DNA of 64,000 bases from Dendrobates tinctorius (taxonomy: Eukaryota), in the NCBI RefSeq assembly GCF_039654945.1, contig NW_027361825.1, positions 2,542,001 through 2,606,000 on the forward strand, written 5' to 3'. The notes below the pieces were generated by a model. The model saw only the letters and a list, made by a program, of their open reading frames with translations. It was not told the origin of the DNA and made no database searches. A program made the translations under genes and the position numbers. Position 1 is the stretch's first letter; each line of letters starts with the position of its first letter. This document shows, one piece after another, positions 25,101 to 39,053 of this stretch.

Positions 25101-27097
25101 AGGTGCTTCTCCACCAAGGCCACAATGTGAGGGCGATAATGTCTGACCTGTGAAAAGACCTTGATCTTTTTCTGAGGAGTTTTTATTCCCCTTACATTCC
25201 ATGTCATACATATTAACTCCGACCCCATATTTTACTCCGCTGAACATGGTGCATAGGATTACCCGGGCAAAGTTTAGAGACATCACCTAGAGATTGACAT
25301 TGTTGACAACTGCGATTATAGCCTAAAAAAAACCAAAAACCACTACGGAAAAAAAAGTGAAAAAACAACAAACAACATAGGAGCAGAGTCCTGTACTCCC
25401 ATCACAAAACAAACATGGGGATACCATCACTGATCCCAGTGTCAGGTATTGTTGGTGACCTGGATGTCTTCGAGTAAAGCTCCAATCAGCCAATTAAGAG
25501 AAAAATACCAACAGGCACTAGATGCATTAGGATTCTTTTTCAGCAGACCCTCCATGGGATCGTAGCCACTCCATCGCCTCCGCCGGGTCTGTAAAAAACA
25601 AAGTAGAGCCTCCGTGGACCACCCGTAGCCGGGCCGGGTAAATTATTGAGTACACAATATTTCTCTCCCGTAGATGTCTTTTGACCTCCGTAAACTGCAC
25701 CCGTTGTTTCTGGAGTTCCGCAGAGAAATCCGGGAAAATCGAGATCGTGGCATTGTTGAACTTGATAGGACTCTTTGCCGCGCCAGTCGTAGAGCCATGT
25801 CTCTATCCCTGCAGTTGAGGATGCGCGCTAGAAAGGGTCTAGGTGGAGCTCCCGGAGGAAGAGGCCTAGTGGGGACCCTGTGAGCCCTCTCCACCGCAAA
25901 GATTGAGGAGAACTCATCGCCCAAAGTAGTTTTAAGCCAGTCTTCTAGGAACTGCTCTGGATGTTGTCCTTCTGATCGCTTCGGCAGGCCAATAATTCGG
26001 ATGTTGTTCCGACGCATTCTATTCTCCAGGTCATCTGCTTTTTGCCTCCACGCATTCATGGAGCCTGCCACTTTTGTTAGCTTAGCTTCCATGGGTGTGA
26101 TGGTGTCTTCTACCTGGGATACCCGCGTCTCCACCTCCGTAATGCGACCCTTCATGGCCTGCGCGTCTTGTCGGAGGCGTCCCACCTCAGTGTATACGTC
26201 CTCTATCTTCCCAGACAGAGACGTCCTGGTTAAGGAGATGGCCTGCATGAGTTGTTCAGACGCCTGCTTAAGGGTTAATTCCTCCTGCTCATTCTCCTCC
26301 CCACCCTCAGAGGGGCGGCTCTTACGCTGAGCTTGTGAGGGATTATTTTTATTGGGTCTTGAGCCCTCTGCGTGGTCTGATCTGGCATATTCCTTCAGCC
26401 TTTCGGCCTCTGTTCCAGACCCCTTAGAACGACTCATTTCAGCACGATAGGGCACAGCCGAGTAGCAGAAACAGTGCACTCAAAGACCCCCGAGTCAGGG
26501 CTACAGACGGGTATAATGGTCGAATGGTGGCTGCAGGGTCTCAGGAGCAGCGCAGACCCGCAGCGTTACTCAGGGAGGCAGTGTCCAAATCCAGGTGGCA
26601 GACAAGGGCCACTATAGCCCAGGGAGAGACCCCCAGGACCCCACAGGGACACCGGCCAGAAAGGGATCCAAGTCCCTGCAATGATGGCGCCGGCAGGGCA
26701 GGCTATATAGCAGAGGGGAGAGCGCGGGGACCAATCTTCCAGGGCACACACCGCCTGCTCCCCTCGATCTGTCAGAATGTGCTCTCACCTTCCTGCCGCT
26801 CCTCCAGCACTGCAGCGAGGGAGCCCGGCGCCGCGTCTCTTACAGGCTGAGCATGCACCTCCAATATGGCCGCCGCCCCTGCAGGCCCCACCGGCCATCC
26901 AGATCCTTACAGCCGCGGGCTCTTAAAAAATCCAGCCCCGCACTCCAACGTGGGTCCAGGAGTGTCCCCAAGTCCTGAGGGGCCAAAGGACAAGCAGATA
27001 TCAGCAGAGGTAAGGGTCTGCTGACCGGGTACTTTTCAGGATGGCAGGAGCTCTTAGAAGCACGTCTTCTCCGCAGCGCTACATAGCCACGCCCCCC
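22154..27097 (-). mobile_element. LINE-1 retrotransposon copy 1 (5'-complete, internally deleted)
   Basis: 15-bp TSD AACATGTGCAGTTGT (22139-22153, 27098-27112); poly(A) and AATAAA; ORF1 from ATG 26437 (ENRMRRNNIRIIGLP); EN (TWNVRG, GDFN); RT (YADD); C-terminal CxxC..H...C; ~1-kb deletion at ~24565. Confidence 0.95.
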
Positions 27098-27208
27098 AAC
27101 ATGTGCAGTTGTAGCAACAGGAACATCGGGCTGTGTGGAGGTGTCTTATAACCTTTAACATGTTTTCTATAATTTTCTTTTGAATGTCCTGAGACAACTT
27201 TCTTCTGA

Positions 27209-27853
27209 TGTCACGCTTGGACACGGCAGACGACACAGTCTGGCAGACGACACATCATACAAATACAACGGGATGGAAAAGGGGAGAGGAAGGCCCTAAA
27301 GGTAAGGAAGAAAGGATTGGATACCTCTTGACAACAACCTGTATGTGTCCCTAAACTCCTCTTACTACTCTAATGCCCTATGCGGGTCCTTCCCCCTGCC
27401 GCCATCACATGCCTTGTCCCTGATTGTCTCCTCAACGTACCCCATTTAGGGCACTGGCCAGCAAGGATGCTAGCTAGCATGACCACTGCAGATGGTAATG
27501 CACGGGACAAAGAAAAAGGGACAAAATACTCAGCTTCAGGCTCTGCTGCCAAGCTCCACAGCAGCATAGAAAACAGCACCAGGAATCTGAACTCCCACAG
27601 CAGCAACACCACTGACATAAGAGAGTTCCTCACCCCTAGCTGGTCTAACTATAAGAACTCTGGTATCAACGATCAGCTGATGAGTCATGTGACTATTTAA
27701 AGGAAACTGGGGGTGGTCACCAACCAACATCAGCTGACTAGCCTAAAAGCAGCTGCCAGCAAGAGACTGACATTAACTCTTGCTGGACCAAATAGAATAA
27801 ACAACATTTAAATTACTGCAGAACCAGAGTTGCCACGAATTTCAATAGTGACA
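27209..27853. mobile_element. Solo LTR (645 bp)
   Basis: TGTCAC...GTGACA termini; 5-bp TSD TCTGA/CCTGA (one mismatch). Confidence 0.7.
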
Positions 27854-28067
27854 CCTGAGCTTTCTATGGTCCATGTTCAGTGAGGTTCACACAATAACAA
27901 ACAGCACAGTGACTACTTTTCACTCTTTCAGCAGGCAGACTGACTGATTACAAGTCTATAGACAGTTGTGATGCTAATTACAGTGCACACCCGAGTTAAA
28001 CCTTTACCTATGATCAAATAATTTCCAGTATTTTCTAGGGAAGCCATAATTGTTGACCAGGCCATTT

Positions 28068-31000
28068 ATTTATTTTTTTAATTCGTTTATTAAACTTCAA
28101 ACAAGAAAAGGATATAATGTACAACATACGTATTTGCCTGTGGTTGTGAACATTGTACAGAGCATACATATTACCGTCTCTTTGTTGACTACTAAACAAG
28201 GATTAAACACTCTTATTAATATACGAGTAATCTATGCATAATCCAACAAGCATATATAATGAACACTAGGCTATACATTATGAGCATGTGCATCAATCAT
28301 ATCTCACAGGACTTTATTGTATCATTCATATAACATAGATTGATTAATTATGGGTTTCTGAACTAAACTACAACTACGTCAACTGTTAATTCGCAGCCTA
28401 CTACCTTGCACTATATAGTCTCACATGCTACGTCTCCATTTTACAAAGTGAGATGGGAAGAATTCCACTTCTCCCAGATTTTTTCAAATTTATCCGGGCA
28501 TCCCCTGTTCCGATATAATGTGCGCTCGTATGGAACAATCGTGTTTACCAAATCAATCCAGCTTCTAAGAGAAGGACATGAATTACCCATCCACCGTAAT
28601 GCCAATACTTTCCGTGCCATAAACAGTGTCTCACGTAGAAAAATCCCAACATGGTGACCCCATATCTCCTCCTCCCATACCCCAAACAAGCAGACCAGTG
28701 GTTCAAGAGGGACAGGAGTTTGCACAAGTGATGACAAGAATAGCGTCACCTCTTTCCAGTACTGTAGGGTAATGGGACATTGCCATATCATGTGAATAAA
28801 ATCTGCATCTGGTGAGTGACATCGCAAGCATTCTGATGATTGGAATCGACCCATCCTGAAAAGTCTTATCGGAGTCAAGTATGATTGGTTTATTATATAC
28901 AACTGTATCATTGTATTATTAGCAGATGGTGATACTCCGATCGGAGACTCCAGGATCTTCCCACTCCTCTCCCTGAGTATTAGGGATGAGTCGTTCCCAC
29001 TTCCCTTTAACAGAGCTTATGGCAGATTCCGCTCCCACCGACAGCATGTACGTATATAAAGAGGAGATAAGGCCCTGGGGACCCTGTGAATTAAGTATTC
29101 CTATCAATGGTAGGGACGAAATGGCACGGCCCCCTCCTGTACTCCTTATGTGCGACTGAAGAGCAGATCTTAGTTGCAAATAGCGGAAAAATTGAGATCT
29201 CAGAACCTCATGTCTAGCCTGTATCTGCTCGAAAGACATTAAGGCCCCCATGATCATACAAGTCTCCTATCAGGGAGACATTATGTTGGATCCAAAAATC
29301 AGCAGACGGGTGACTTAGTAATACTGAAAAATATGCATTTTCCCATACGGGCATTTCAGCTATAATGTCCCTATATCCAATCACTTTCTTAATTTGCCTC
29401 CATACTAATCGTGCCAGACGGAGCAGGTGCAGTAAACGAGGGACACCAGGTCTCTCCAACTCCAGGAAATCCAGTGGGCAATCAGTTCTTGCAGCGTGAA
29501 GCAAGTGACTTTCAGAATTAGGAAGATAATTACCCGGCATCCATTTACTTAAGGCTCTAGTCTGCCCAGCCAAATAATATAAGAAGAAATCTGGCAGCGC
29601 CGCCCCACCTCCCTATTTAGGCCTCTGCAGAGTGGACAACTTAGGCCTACTTTTCCTCCATATAAATGACGTGACCTGGGAATTAAGGTTCACAAAAAAG
29701 GACTTGGGTACCGTTACGGCACTATGCTGAAGGGAATAGTTAAGTTTGGGAAGTAATATCATTTTAATCAGGTTGATGCGTCCGACCACAGACAGCGGTA
29801 ATTTGCTCCAGGTTGCAAATTTAACTCTAACCAGTTCCAGCAATGGGTAGATATTAAGTTGTAAGTCAAGCGTGCTGTTATGGGATACATGAACCCCCAG
29901 GTATTTAAAGCTAGATACAATAGGCAACGAGGAGAGAGCCTCTAGTCGGGACATCGGGGCATGGGACAGTGGTAACAAGGCAGACTTTTCCCAAATTATA
30001 TATAAGCCCGAATATGTACTGAATCCATCTATGGCGGCAATCACTTGAGGCATAGTTTCCTCCGCCTCATCCATAAATATCATCAAATCATCTGCGTATA
30101 AACCTATGGTATCTAACCGACCCGCTATATCTATACCTTTAATGCCAGGGGAAGACCTTATGCGTATTGCCAGTGCCTCAATCGCAAGGGCAAAGAGGGC
30201 CGGGGAAAGGGGGCACCCCTGACGGGTCCCCCTATGTAATGAAAAGGACTCAGACATGGAATTATTCACAATAATACGGGCCTTAGATTTCATATATAAT
30301 AGTTTAACCCATTTTATGAACTTATCACCAAAGCCATACCTCTGTAGGCATGCGGAGAGGAAAGGCCACTCGAGTCAAAAGCCTTGGCGGCATCTAGCGA
30401 TGCCAGTGCCCATTTGTTATCTGGCATTAGAGAACTATATTGGACTATTGACTGGACCCGTCTGATATTAATTGAAGTGCTCTTACCAGGCATAAAGCCT
30501 GTCTGGTCAGGATGTATAAGGGTCAGTATAATCGAATTTAATCTGGTGGCAAGAATTTTAGTAAAGATTTTATAGTCCACATTTACTAACGATATGGGAC
30601 GATAGGAACCACATTCCAAAGGGTCCTTCCCCTTCTTCCTAAGTACTATGATATTAGCCTCATAAAAGGATTCAGGCATAGATTCCCCCTCCCATACTCC
30701 CCGAAACACCTTTATCAGAAGTGGCATTAATATATCTCGGTATTTCCTATACAATTCAATAGGGAACCCATCCGGCCAAGGGGCCTTCCCAGAGGCCATG
30801 TCCGCTATAGCATTCTCTATCTCCTCCACGGTAAATTCAGCGTCCATAAAGGCTTGCTGATCAGGATCTAAGGTAGGGAATATTACATCTGACAAGTAAT
30901 CCAAACACTCCAAATTATCAAAGCCACTTTTAGATTCATATAACGACTTATAATAATCATAGAAGCAGCCAAGAATTTCCTCAGTTGAAGACACCAACGA

Positions 31001-34000
31001 ATCATCCGGCTTTCGGATCTGTAATATAGTATTAGAAGTATTATGTTGGCGCACCAGATAGGCCAATAGCCTACTTGCCTGGTTCCCCAGTTCAAAATAA
31101 GTCTGGCGAGCAAAGAATAATTTACGCTTAGACTTAGTGTCTATGTACTGAGTATATAATCGCTGGGCAGCCAACCACTCAATCCTATTGCCATTAGTTT
31201 GGTTAGATATGTACGCAGCCTCTGAATCCTTCAATCGCCGTTCCAACACATCATCCTCTCTGGAGGTTACCCGTTTAATATAAGAAATTGTGGAGGACAG
31301 GCAACCCCTCAGATATGCCTTAAGGGCATCCCAAAATAAATTAATATCCTGAGGTTCCTGATGGGACAAAATGAAACAATGCAGTTGGTCGATTGTTCTA
31401 TCAGGGGTTACTATTAGTTTCAGGCAGAAAGGGTTCAACTTCTAAATTATCCTGTTATTCAATTGCCCATACTTAAGTTTGAGGATGACCGGGCTGTGGT
31501 CTGAAATCCCTCTACTACCATGCTCCACACTATCCACCCACATTGCCAGACCACTGGTTCCGAATATGACAGGGAGCGCCTAGTGGATGAGTGGCAGGTA
31601 TACTCTCTTGTCTCTGGATGACGCACTCTCCACAAATCCAGCCACCCACTACCCCCCATAAATAGCGACAGTTGGGTTGCCGTCGACGAAGGAACCCCCC
31701 CATCCATGCCATCCTCCAGTCTCAATTTGTCAAGGTGATTGTTCATAACCATATTGAAGTCTCCCATACAAATAACATCCGCATCCGGATAATTTAGGGC
31801 GAAGCTCAACGCCTTCTGGAGAATGGACATATTGGCCGGAGGTGGATTATACACACACAAAATCACATATTTCCTGGTATTTATTAATGCATAGACAAAG
31901 ACAAAACGACCCTCACTGGCCTCCCATCTAACATCTCTATGCACCAACAGTGAGACCCCCCTCGAGTAACTAGTATGGAATGCGTGAACAGACCATTGTA
32001 CCCAGGGCTTCTGCACGCATCGAGCTGTATCCCTGGTCAGGTGTGTCTCCACCAAGGCCACAATGTGAGGGCGGTAATGTCTAATCTGCGAGAAGACCTT
32101 GATCTTTTTCCGGGGAGTTTTTATACCTCTCACATTCATGTCATACATATCATCTCAGACCCCATCTTTACTCCGCTGGATATGGCCTACATCAGTACCC
32201 GGGGAAAGTTTAGAGACACCACACGTACACTGAAATTGCTGCTGGCTGCAAATTATACCTGAAAAAAATAAAATAAAACCAAAACCACTATGAAAAAACA
32301 TCAAAGTAGAGAAACAAACAATACAAGAGCAAAGTCCTGCTCTCCCATCACAGAATAAACACGGGGATACCATCACTGAGCTCAGTGTCCGGTATTGTTG
32401 GTAATCCGGGCGTCCGTGGAAAAAGCTCCATTCAAACCATCAATGGAAAAGAAAACATTTTTCTGATTAACAGTAGAAACATTAGGATGCCTTCTCAGAA
32501 GACCCCTTGCGGGACCGCAACCACTCAGCTGCCTCCGCCGGATCCGCAAAGAATAGGGAAGAACCCCCGTGAACCACACGGAGTCTGGCCGGATAAATCA
32601 TTGACTACACGATATTCCTCTCCAGGAGCCGATTCTTGACTTCCATGAATTGTGCCCGTTGTTTCTGAAGTTCCATGGAAAAGTCTAGAAAAAATGAGAT
32701 CGTGGCATTGTTGAACTTAATGGGACTCTTTTGTCGAGCTAGGCGTAGAATCGCATCCTGTCCCTGCTGTTGAGGAGACGCGCCAAAAAAGGTCTGGGTG
32801 GGGATCCAGGAGGAAGAGGTCTTGTAGGAACCCTATGGGCCCTTTCCACAGCAAATGTTGGGGAGAATTCGTCTCCCAGAGAGGTTTTGAGCCAATCTTC
32901 TAGAAACTGCTCCGGATGTTGACCTTCCGAGCGTTCCGGCAGACCAATGACTCGGATGTTATTCCGACACATTCTATTCTCCAAGTCATCTGCTTTTTGC
33001 CTCCATGCGTTTATCGAGCCCGCCGCTCTCGTAAGCTTGGCTTCCATGGGTGCGATGGTATCCTCCACCTTGGAGACCCTTGTCTCCACCTCCGTAATGC
33101 TCCCTCTCATGGCCTGCATATCTTGGCGAAGACGCCCCACCTCGGTATACACGTCCTCTATTTTCCCCGTCAGTGATGTTCTGGTTAAAGAGATGGCCTG
33201 CATCAGTTGCTCAGATGCCTTCTTGAGGGTTATTTCCTCCTGCTCACTCTCCTCTCCACCCTCAGATGGGCGGTTTTTACGCTGAACCTGCGAGGGGTTA
33301 TTTCTGAGGGACCGTACGGTATCAGAATGGTCAGGTCTAGCGTACTCTTTTAATTTTTCGGCTGCGCTTGCCCCCTTGGAGCGATTAATTTCTAATAGCA
33401 ATATGGCACAGCCGAGCAAATGAAGTGGTATATCCAGGAGATTCCCAAGTCCAGATTATAAGCACAGCAGCGTTATAATATAAAGATGACAAGTGTCTCG
33501 GGGGCAACGCAGATCAGAAGGGTCACCCGGGAGGGTAAAATTCGGCTCTGTATAGTAGCCGAGAGGCCTTATGGCTAGGGAGGGACCACAGCACCCACAG
33601 GCACAGCAGCCCGGGATGAGTCCATAGGACCTAAAGTTCTAATAGCACCGACCAGTCGGTAACTTAACAGAGGGGAGTGCGGGGCCCAATTTTCCAGAGC
33701 ACTCATCGCTTCTCCCTGCCAGATCCAGAGTAGGCGCTCACCGTCCTGTCAGCGCTGTGAGGAGGGAACCAGCGCCGCGTCTCTCAACCAGAGCGCGCGC
33801 TTGTGAAAATGGCCGCCGCCTCCTGCAGGCCCCGCTGGCCGCCCCAGCCTTTACCGCCGTCTGCGGCTGAAATTGGCCTCCCAGGGGTTCTAGAGGTGCT
33901 CCACGGGGTCCAGTACCGCCAGGTATGTCACGGCACCGCGGGCCCGCTGCCGCTGACAGGGTTAATATCAGGATGTGAGGAGCTCTCCCTGAACGCGTCC

Positions 34001-34040
34001 TCTCACGGCCGCTACATAGCCAGGCCCCCTAAGTATTCCC
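28068..34040 (-). mobile_element. LINE-1 retrotransposon copy 2 (near full length, frameshifted)
   Basis: TSD GACCAGGCCATTT (28055-28067, 34041-34053); ORF1 32739-33419; EN 31459-32148; RT with YRPISL, GTRQGCPLSP and YADD; C-terminal zinc motif; GGGGG 5' end at 34029. Confidence 0.95.
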
Positions 34041-34978
34041 GACCAGGCCATTTTGATTTTTTTTTTTCATTGAACCAAAATTCAAAAGCAATGTGTGATT
34101 TTTATTAGTTTATATTTAGAAATACAGTAGAATAGTACGTAGCTGAGTTTCCATTGAAATGAGCGAGAGCTGCAGTACCACAGAACGGCCACTGGGGAGG
34201 CTTCAGCACACAATAATTCACCTTTTTGTCAAATTGAACAAATTCTAAAATTTCCTGGCAAAATGAATGAGAACTGAAAAATTTGAACTGTGTCAGATTT
34301 GCTCATCACTATTCGGATACCTTTCCTGGCTCTGTGGCATTCTTCCAGTCCTGACATACTGTATGACTGAACCATAGCAAGTCATAGTCACCAATTTGAG
34401 ACTATTCTGGAAGATGGAAACTCGAAATTTCCTACAAGGATGTCCAGATTCCAAGGGACTAAATGCAAATACCAGGAAATCCACTGGCCTACCTAAATCA
34501 GACTGAGCCTTTGAGTGTCACTGATGGTATTCACCACCCAGAGAAACGATCCAAAAGCATCTTTACCTTCTGCTCTCCTATTATGAACCTCCTGTCCATT
34601 GGTCTAGATCACACCCGTTGTGCTCATCAGTGCTGATACTGACTGATCCTCATGGGAAAAGATCAGTTTATGGTAGAAATCTGTATTTGGTTGGGCTGCT
34701 TAAGGAGTACTTATAATTTATATTTTATACTGTTAAGCATGCTTTAGATTTCAACAAGGATGAACTAATTAAGAAACAACTCAAGATAATCTTAACACAA
34801 TATATTTATTATATCACTCAACAGGATTTGTCTAATGAATATTTTAAACATTTTGAGGCTCTTTAAGGAAGAGAATTGTCCCATGTGTGCACTGCCCACA
34901 ATCAGGACGTGAATACGGCTTCGCCCCAGCGTGAATTCTCTGATGTCTGAGAAGGTTCCACTTCATGCTAAACCACTA

Positions 34979-35068
<90 letters not shown>

Positions 35069-35167
35069 TTAAGAACATGAGAATGGCTTCACCCCAGGGA
35101 TGTAGATGCTTTGATGCATTACAAGGCATGACTTATCCTTTAATCCTTTCCCACGATGAAAACGTGA

Positions 35168-36021
35168 TTAAAGCTTCTCCCCCATGTGAATTCTATAATG
35201 ACTGATAAGGTGCCACTTCTGGGTAAAACATTGCCCACATTGCGAACATGAAAATGGACGTTCCCCCGTATGAACTATCTGATGTCTAATAAAGCTCGAC
35301 TTTCGCCTAAAACCTTTGCCACATTCAGAACATGAGAACAGCTTCTCCCTTGAGTGGATCCTCTGATGCATAACAAGGCGATATTTGTGGTCAAAACCTG
35401 TCCCACACTCAGAACATGAAAACGGCTGCTCACCGGTGTGGGATTTTTGATGTTCAACAAGAACTGATTTCTGGGTAAAACGTCTCCCACAGTCTGCACA
35501 TGAAAACGGCTTCTCCCCGTTGTGGATTCTCTGATGCATCACAAGACGAGACCTATGCATAAATCCTTTCCCACAATCAGAACAAGAGAATGGCTTCTCC
35601 GTGATATGGATTCTCTCATGGGAAACAAGACTTGTTTTCCACGCAAAACATTTCCCACATGTAGTACATGAGAATGGCTTCTCCCCCGTGTGGATTCTCT
35701 CATGGGAAACAAGACTTGCTTTCCTAGTGAAACATCTCCCACATTCAGAACATGAAATTGCCTTGTTGTCATTGTGAGTCCTAATATGTGCCATAAGGTT
35801 AAACTTCTGTTTAAAACATTTTTTACACTCAAAACATTGGAAAGTTTTGCCTTTCTCGGAATGATCATAAAAAGGTTCCATGGAATCAAATGACTGATCT
35901 GTGCATATATATGAAGGATGTGGAAGAAAGGAATGTTCTCCAGATGTATCTGAAAGTTCTACTTTAACCTCCTCATACGTAGGGAGATCTGCGTCTACGT
36001 TGTCGGTGTAGAAATAATCTG
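35168..36021 (-). CDS. ZNF-A last exon: acidic linker plus 8 C2H2 zinc fingers (XlCGF/XlCOF-like)
   Basis: TTTTCCAG acceptor, phase 1; continuous frame into ORF 35168-35881; TGEKPF-type linkers. Confidence 0.92.
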
Positions 36022-36772
36022 CTGGAAAATGAAGAGAGAGTTTAATTATTGGTTATTTCCAAAAGACAACAGGTAAAATCTCAGGAACCACCTAGGAGGT
36101 TTCCTAGAAACGTGCTGCTGGCAACAAATCTTTTGGGGCTGTTTTCTACAATGGAGTTATGTTCACCAAAAATGCTGATACGAGTCACAATATGAACTAT
36201 TTTATGGAACAATTGGAGTTGGCCATCGGTCACACATATCATGCACTCCTTACACGTCGCAGTATTCAACCAACTCCTATGTACAAATTCTAAAATTTGA
36301 TGCCCACAACATGTCTGGCCCATTCCGAGATATCACTCACTTCCAAACATTAGACCGTTGTGAACACAACAACATGCAACATTTTCCTGCTTTTCTAAAA
36401 TGTCCTCTGTTACGATCATGCTGATCCGAGGCTGTCAAGTTTGGGTCATGAAACCTGCGGTCACTTCCGCGGATCTGCATCCATGTGAATCTAGATTTAT
36501 CAAGAGCTATTGCCTGTCTTGTCTGGAAAGTATTCAGGAAAGTTTTGTAGATAACTTTAAGGGAAGAGTCAGACGGTCATATAATTTGGACGAGGATTGC
36601 AATCCAATGCTTAGACTGGCTGGCTGCTCTCCTGACCTGAGCGTGACAGCATGTATTTCTATGCTTCTGTCGGGAGACCTACAGGCCAGTCTGAGCATTG
36701 CGATCCTCATCCGAGTTATACAACTGTCTGGTTTGGTCCCCACCATTCCCTTGACGTTAGCTTTGTCCTCAC

Positions 36773-36872
36773 CTGCACTGAAATCTTCAGTAACTTCTCC
36801 ATAGGTCGTCATACATAGGTCGTCCTCTTCTTTTACTATCAATTCAGCTGTACTATTAATCAGATCTTCACC
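36773..36872 (-). CDS. ZNF-A exon 5 (GEDLINSTAELIVKEEDDLCMTTYGEVTEDFSA)
   Basis: TTTCAG acceptor, GTGAGG donor, 100 nt, phase 0 to 1; GEDL..VKEE motif typical of frog ZNF linkers. Confidence 0.85.
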
Positions 36873-36977
36873 CTGAAATAACATACATATGGAGGACAGA
36901 ATGTCGGGTTACATGTTAGACCCCATTCAGACGTCCCTGATTTTTCCTTTTAAAGGAAAACACTGACTGTTTCTCAT

Positions 36978-38766
36978 AAGGAAAGAAATACACCGCGCTA
37001 TACTGGGAACTGAAAAAATAATATAACTGAGTACTTACTTGCTGGTGTGTGAAAAAATCACGTGGTGGTGGATGTATAGCAGTATTCTGAGACTATTCAC
37101 CTTGTCATAGATGTATATTGCCTTGCATTTGGATGCCAAAACTGCTGAGTAGATAATATAGGGTTAAATGGGGGTGAGCCCGTTAGTGTGTTTCAGAGGG
37201 AAAAATAAATAAATAAATAAATAAAATATGAACTAATCTTGATTTACTCACTTAAGGAAATCAGAACCATAAAAAATACATGCTGTAAATGTAGCCATTG
37301 CCAAGTATTAAGATTGGAATGTTGCAGCCTGTTTCTGATGTAAAAAAATATAATAGTTGAAAAATAAAATGAAACACAAAAAAAAAAAAAAAAAAAAGAA
37401 GAGGGGGATAAATAGATGTTTGAGATGATAACTGAATGCTGACCTTACTGCATGCCAATTTCAACAGGCGAGGTCAGAATGATTATTCCTGTGCAAAACA
37501 AATGATGGCACAGTTCCTGCAAAGTGAATGAGCGTTAGTGACAGCTTGTTCCCACTAGTGGAACGAGGTGCTTAATTCTGGTGCACTTACTTGCAGGGCC
37601 AGTGCTCAGTGAGACAGGCTTGGGTGCTCAGCGTGGGGGCTGGGGCTGCTGCTGCTAATCCATATGGACGTGGAGACCGCCGCTGCCTCGCGTGCTCCGG
37701 CCGAGAGCAACGCTGAGGGACTCGGCGTGTGATGGGGCAGGGCTAGCGTGACGTCACACTGGGGGTAAGACGGTGGCTCAAAGGCAGCACAATGCCGACA
37801 TGTTTCGAGAGAAACTTCTCTCGAAACATGTCGGTATTGTGCTGCCTTTGAGCCACCGTCTTACCCCCAGTGTGACGTCACGCTAGCCCTGCCCCATCAC
37901 ACGCCGAGTCCCTCAGCGTTGCTCTCGGCCGGAGCACGCGAGGCAGCGGCGGTCTCCACGTCCATACGGATTAGCAGCCCCAGCCCCCACGCTGAGCACC
38001 CAAGCCTGTCTCACTGAGTACTGGCCCTGCAAGGGCACCAGAATTAAGCACCTCATTCCACTAGTGGGAACAAGCTGTCACTAACGCTCATTCACTTTGC
38101 AGGAACTGTGCCATCATTTGTTTTGCACAGGATTAATCATTCTGACCTCGCCTGTTGAAATTGGCATGCAGTAAGGTCAGCATTCAGTTATCATCTCAAA
38201 CATCTATTTATCCCCCTCTTTTTTTTTCTTTTTTTTTTTTCATTTTATTTTTCAACTATTATATTTTTTTACATCAGAAACAGGCTGCAACATTCCAATC
38301 TTAATACTTGGCAATGGCTACATTTACAGCATGTATTTTATATGGTTCTGATTTCCTTAAGTGAGTAAATCAAGATTAGTTCATATTTTATTTTATTTAT
38401 TTATTTATTTTTTTTCCCTCTGAAACACACTAACGGGCTCACCCCCATTTAACCCTATATTATCTACTCAGCAGTTTTGGCATCCAAATGCAAGGCAATA
38501 TACATCTATGACAAGGTGAATAGTCTCAGAATACTGCTATACATCCACCACCACGTGATTTTTTCACACACCAGCAAGTAAGTACTCAGTTATATTATTT
38601 TTTCAGTTCCCAGTATAGCGCGGTGTATTTCTTTCCTTATCAGCTTTAGCTCTTTTAAACAGGCACCAGCACAGAGCCTGTTATTCACCAGCTGCATCTG
38701 GGAATAGTGGACCTTCCTTCTCTGTCCAAGTGGACTGGCGCCAGTGTGTTAATCTTAAACTTATCT
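36978..38766 (+). mobile_element. Non-coding fold-back retroelement (Penelope/retrozyme-like) forming a ~1.67-kb palindrome
   Basis: Inverted arms 36976-37813 and 37816-38640 with a 2-nt spacer; 16-bp TSD ACTGACTGTTTCTCAT (36962-36977, 38767-38782); GAAACATGTC next to the axis. Confidence 0.75.
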
Positions 38767-38955
38767 ACTGACTGTTTCTCATTTGAGTTTAAGGTCCGAT
38801 TTTCATCGTTTGGTCCGTGTCAGAGTTTTTCATCACTGAGGACTCAGAAGTACGGAGGAGCAGTGGGCGCTGTAATTCCGCCCTTATCCTCCATGTATTC
38901 TGCAGTATTACATTATGTGCACTCATAGTGTTAATATGATATCAGCTCATGCTAC

Positions 38956-39053
38956 CTGATTATCGTCTGCGACATCATGAATATCCTCTGAACCGTGCGG
39001 AGAATCAGGAAGCCTGGTGTAATCCTCTGGTGAATCATCTCCGCTGTGCTCAT
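38956..39053 (-). CDS. ZNF-A exon 4 (DEHSGDDSPEDYTRLPDSPHGSEDIHDVADDNQ)
   Basis: TTCTTGCAG acceptor, GTAGCA donor, 98 nt, phase 1 to 0; keeps frame between exons 3 and 5. Confidence 0.78.

Larger units (their letters stand above)
21390..34110 (-). mobile_element. Old fragmented Tc1-like element hosting two L1s and a solo LTR
   Basis: Tc1-like pieces at ~21390-22153, 27098-27208, 27854-28067 and 34041-34110 join once the TSD-bounded inserts are removed; shares sequence with the remnant at ~13500-13860. Confidence 0.6.

Noticed and set aside
36976-38640. Palindrome as a fold-back sequencing or assembly artefact
   Set aside because: A 16-bp TSD, an unpaired tail, substitutions between arms and a continuous host gene on both sides argue it is real; read-level confirmation is still advisable
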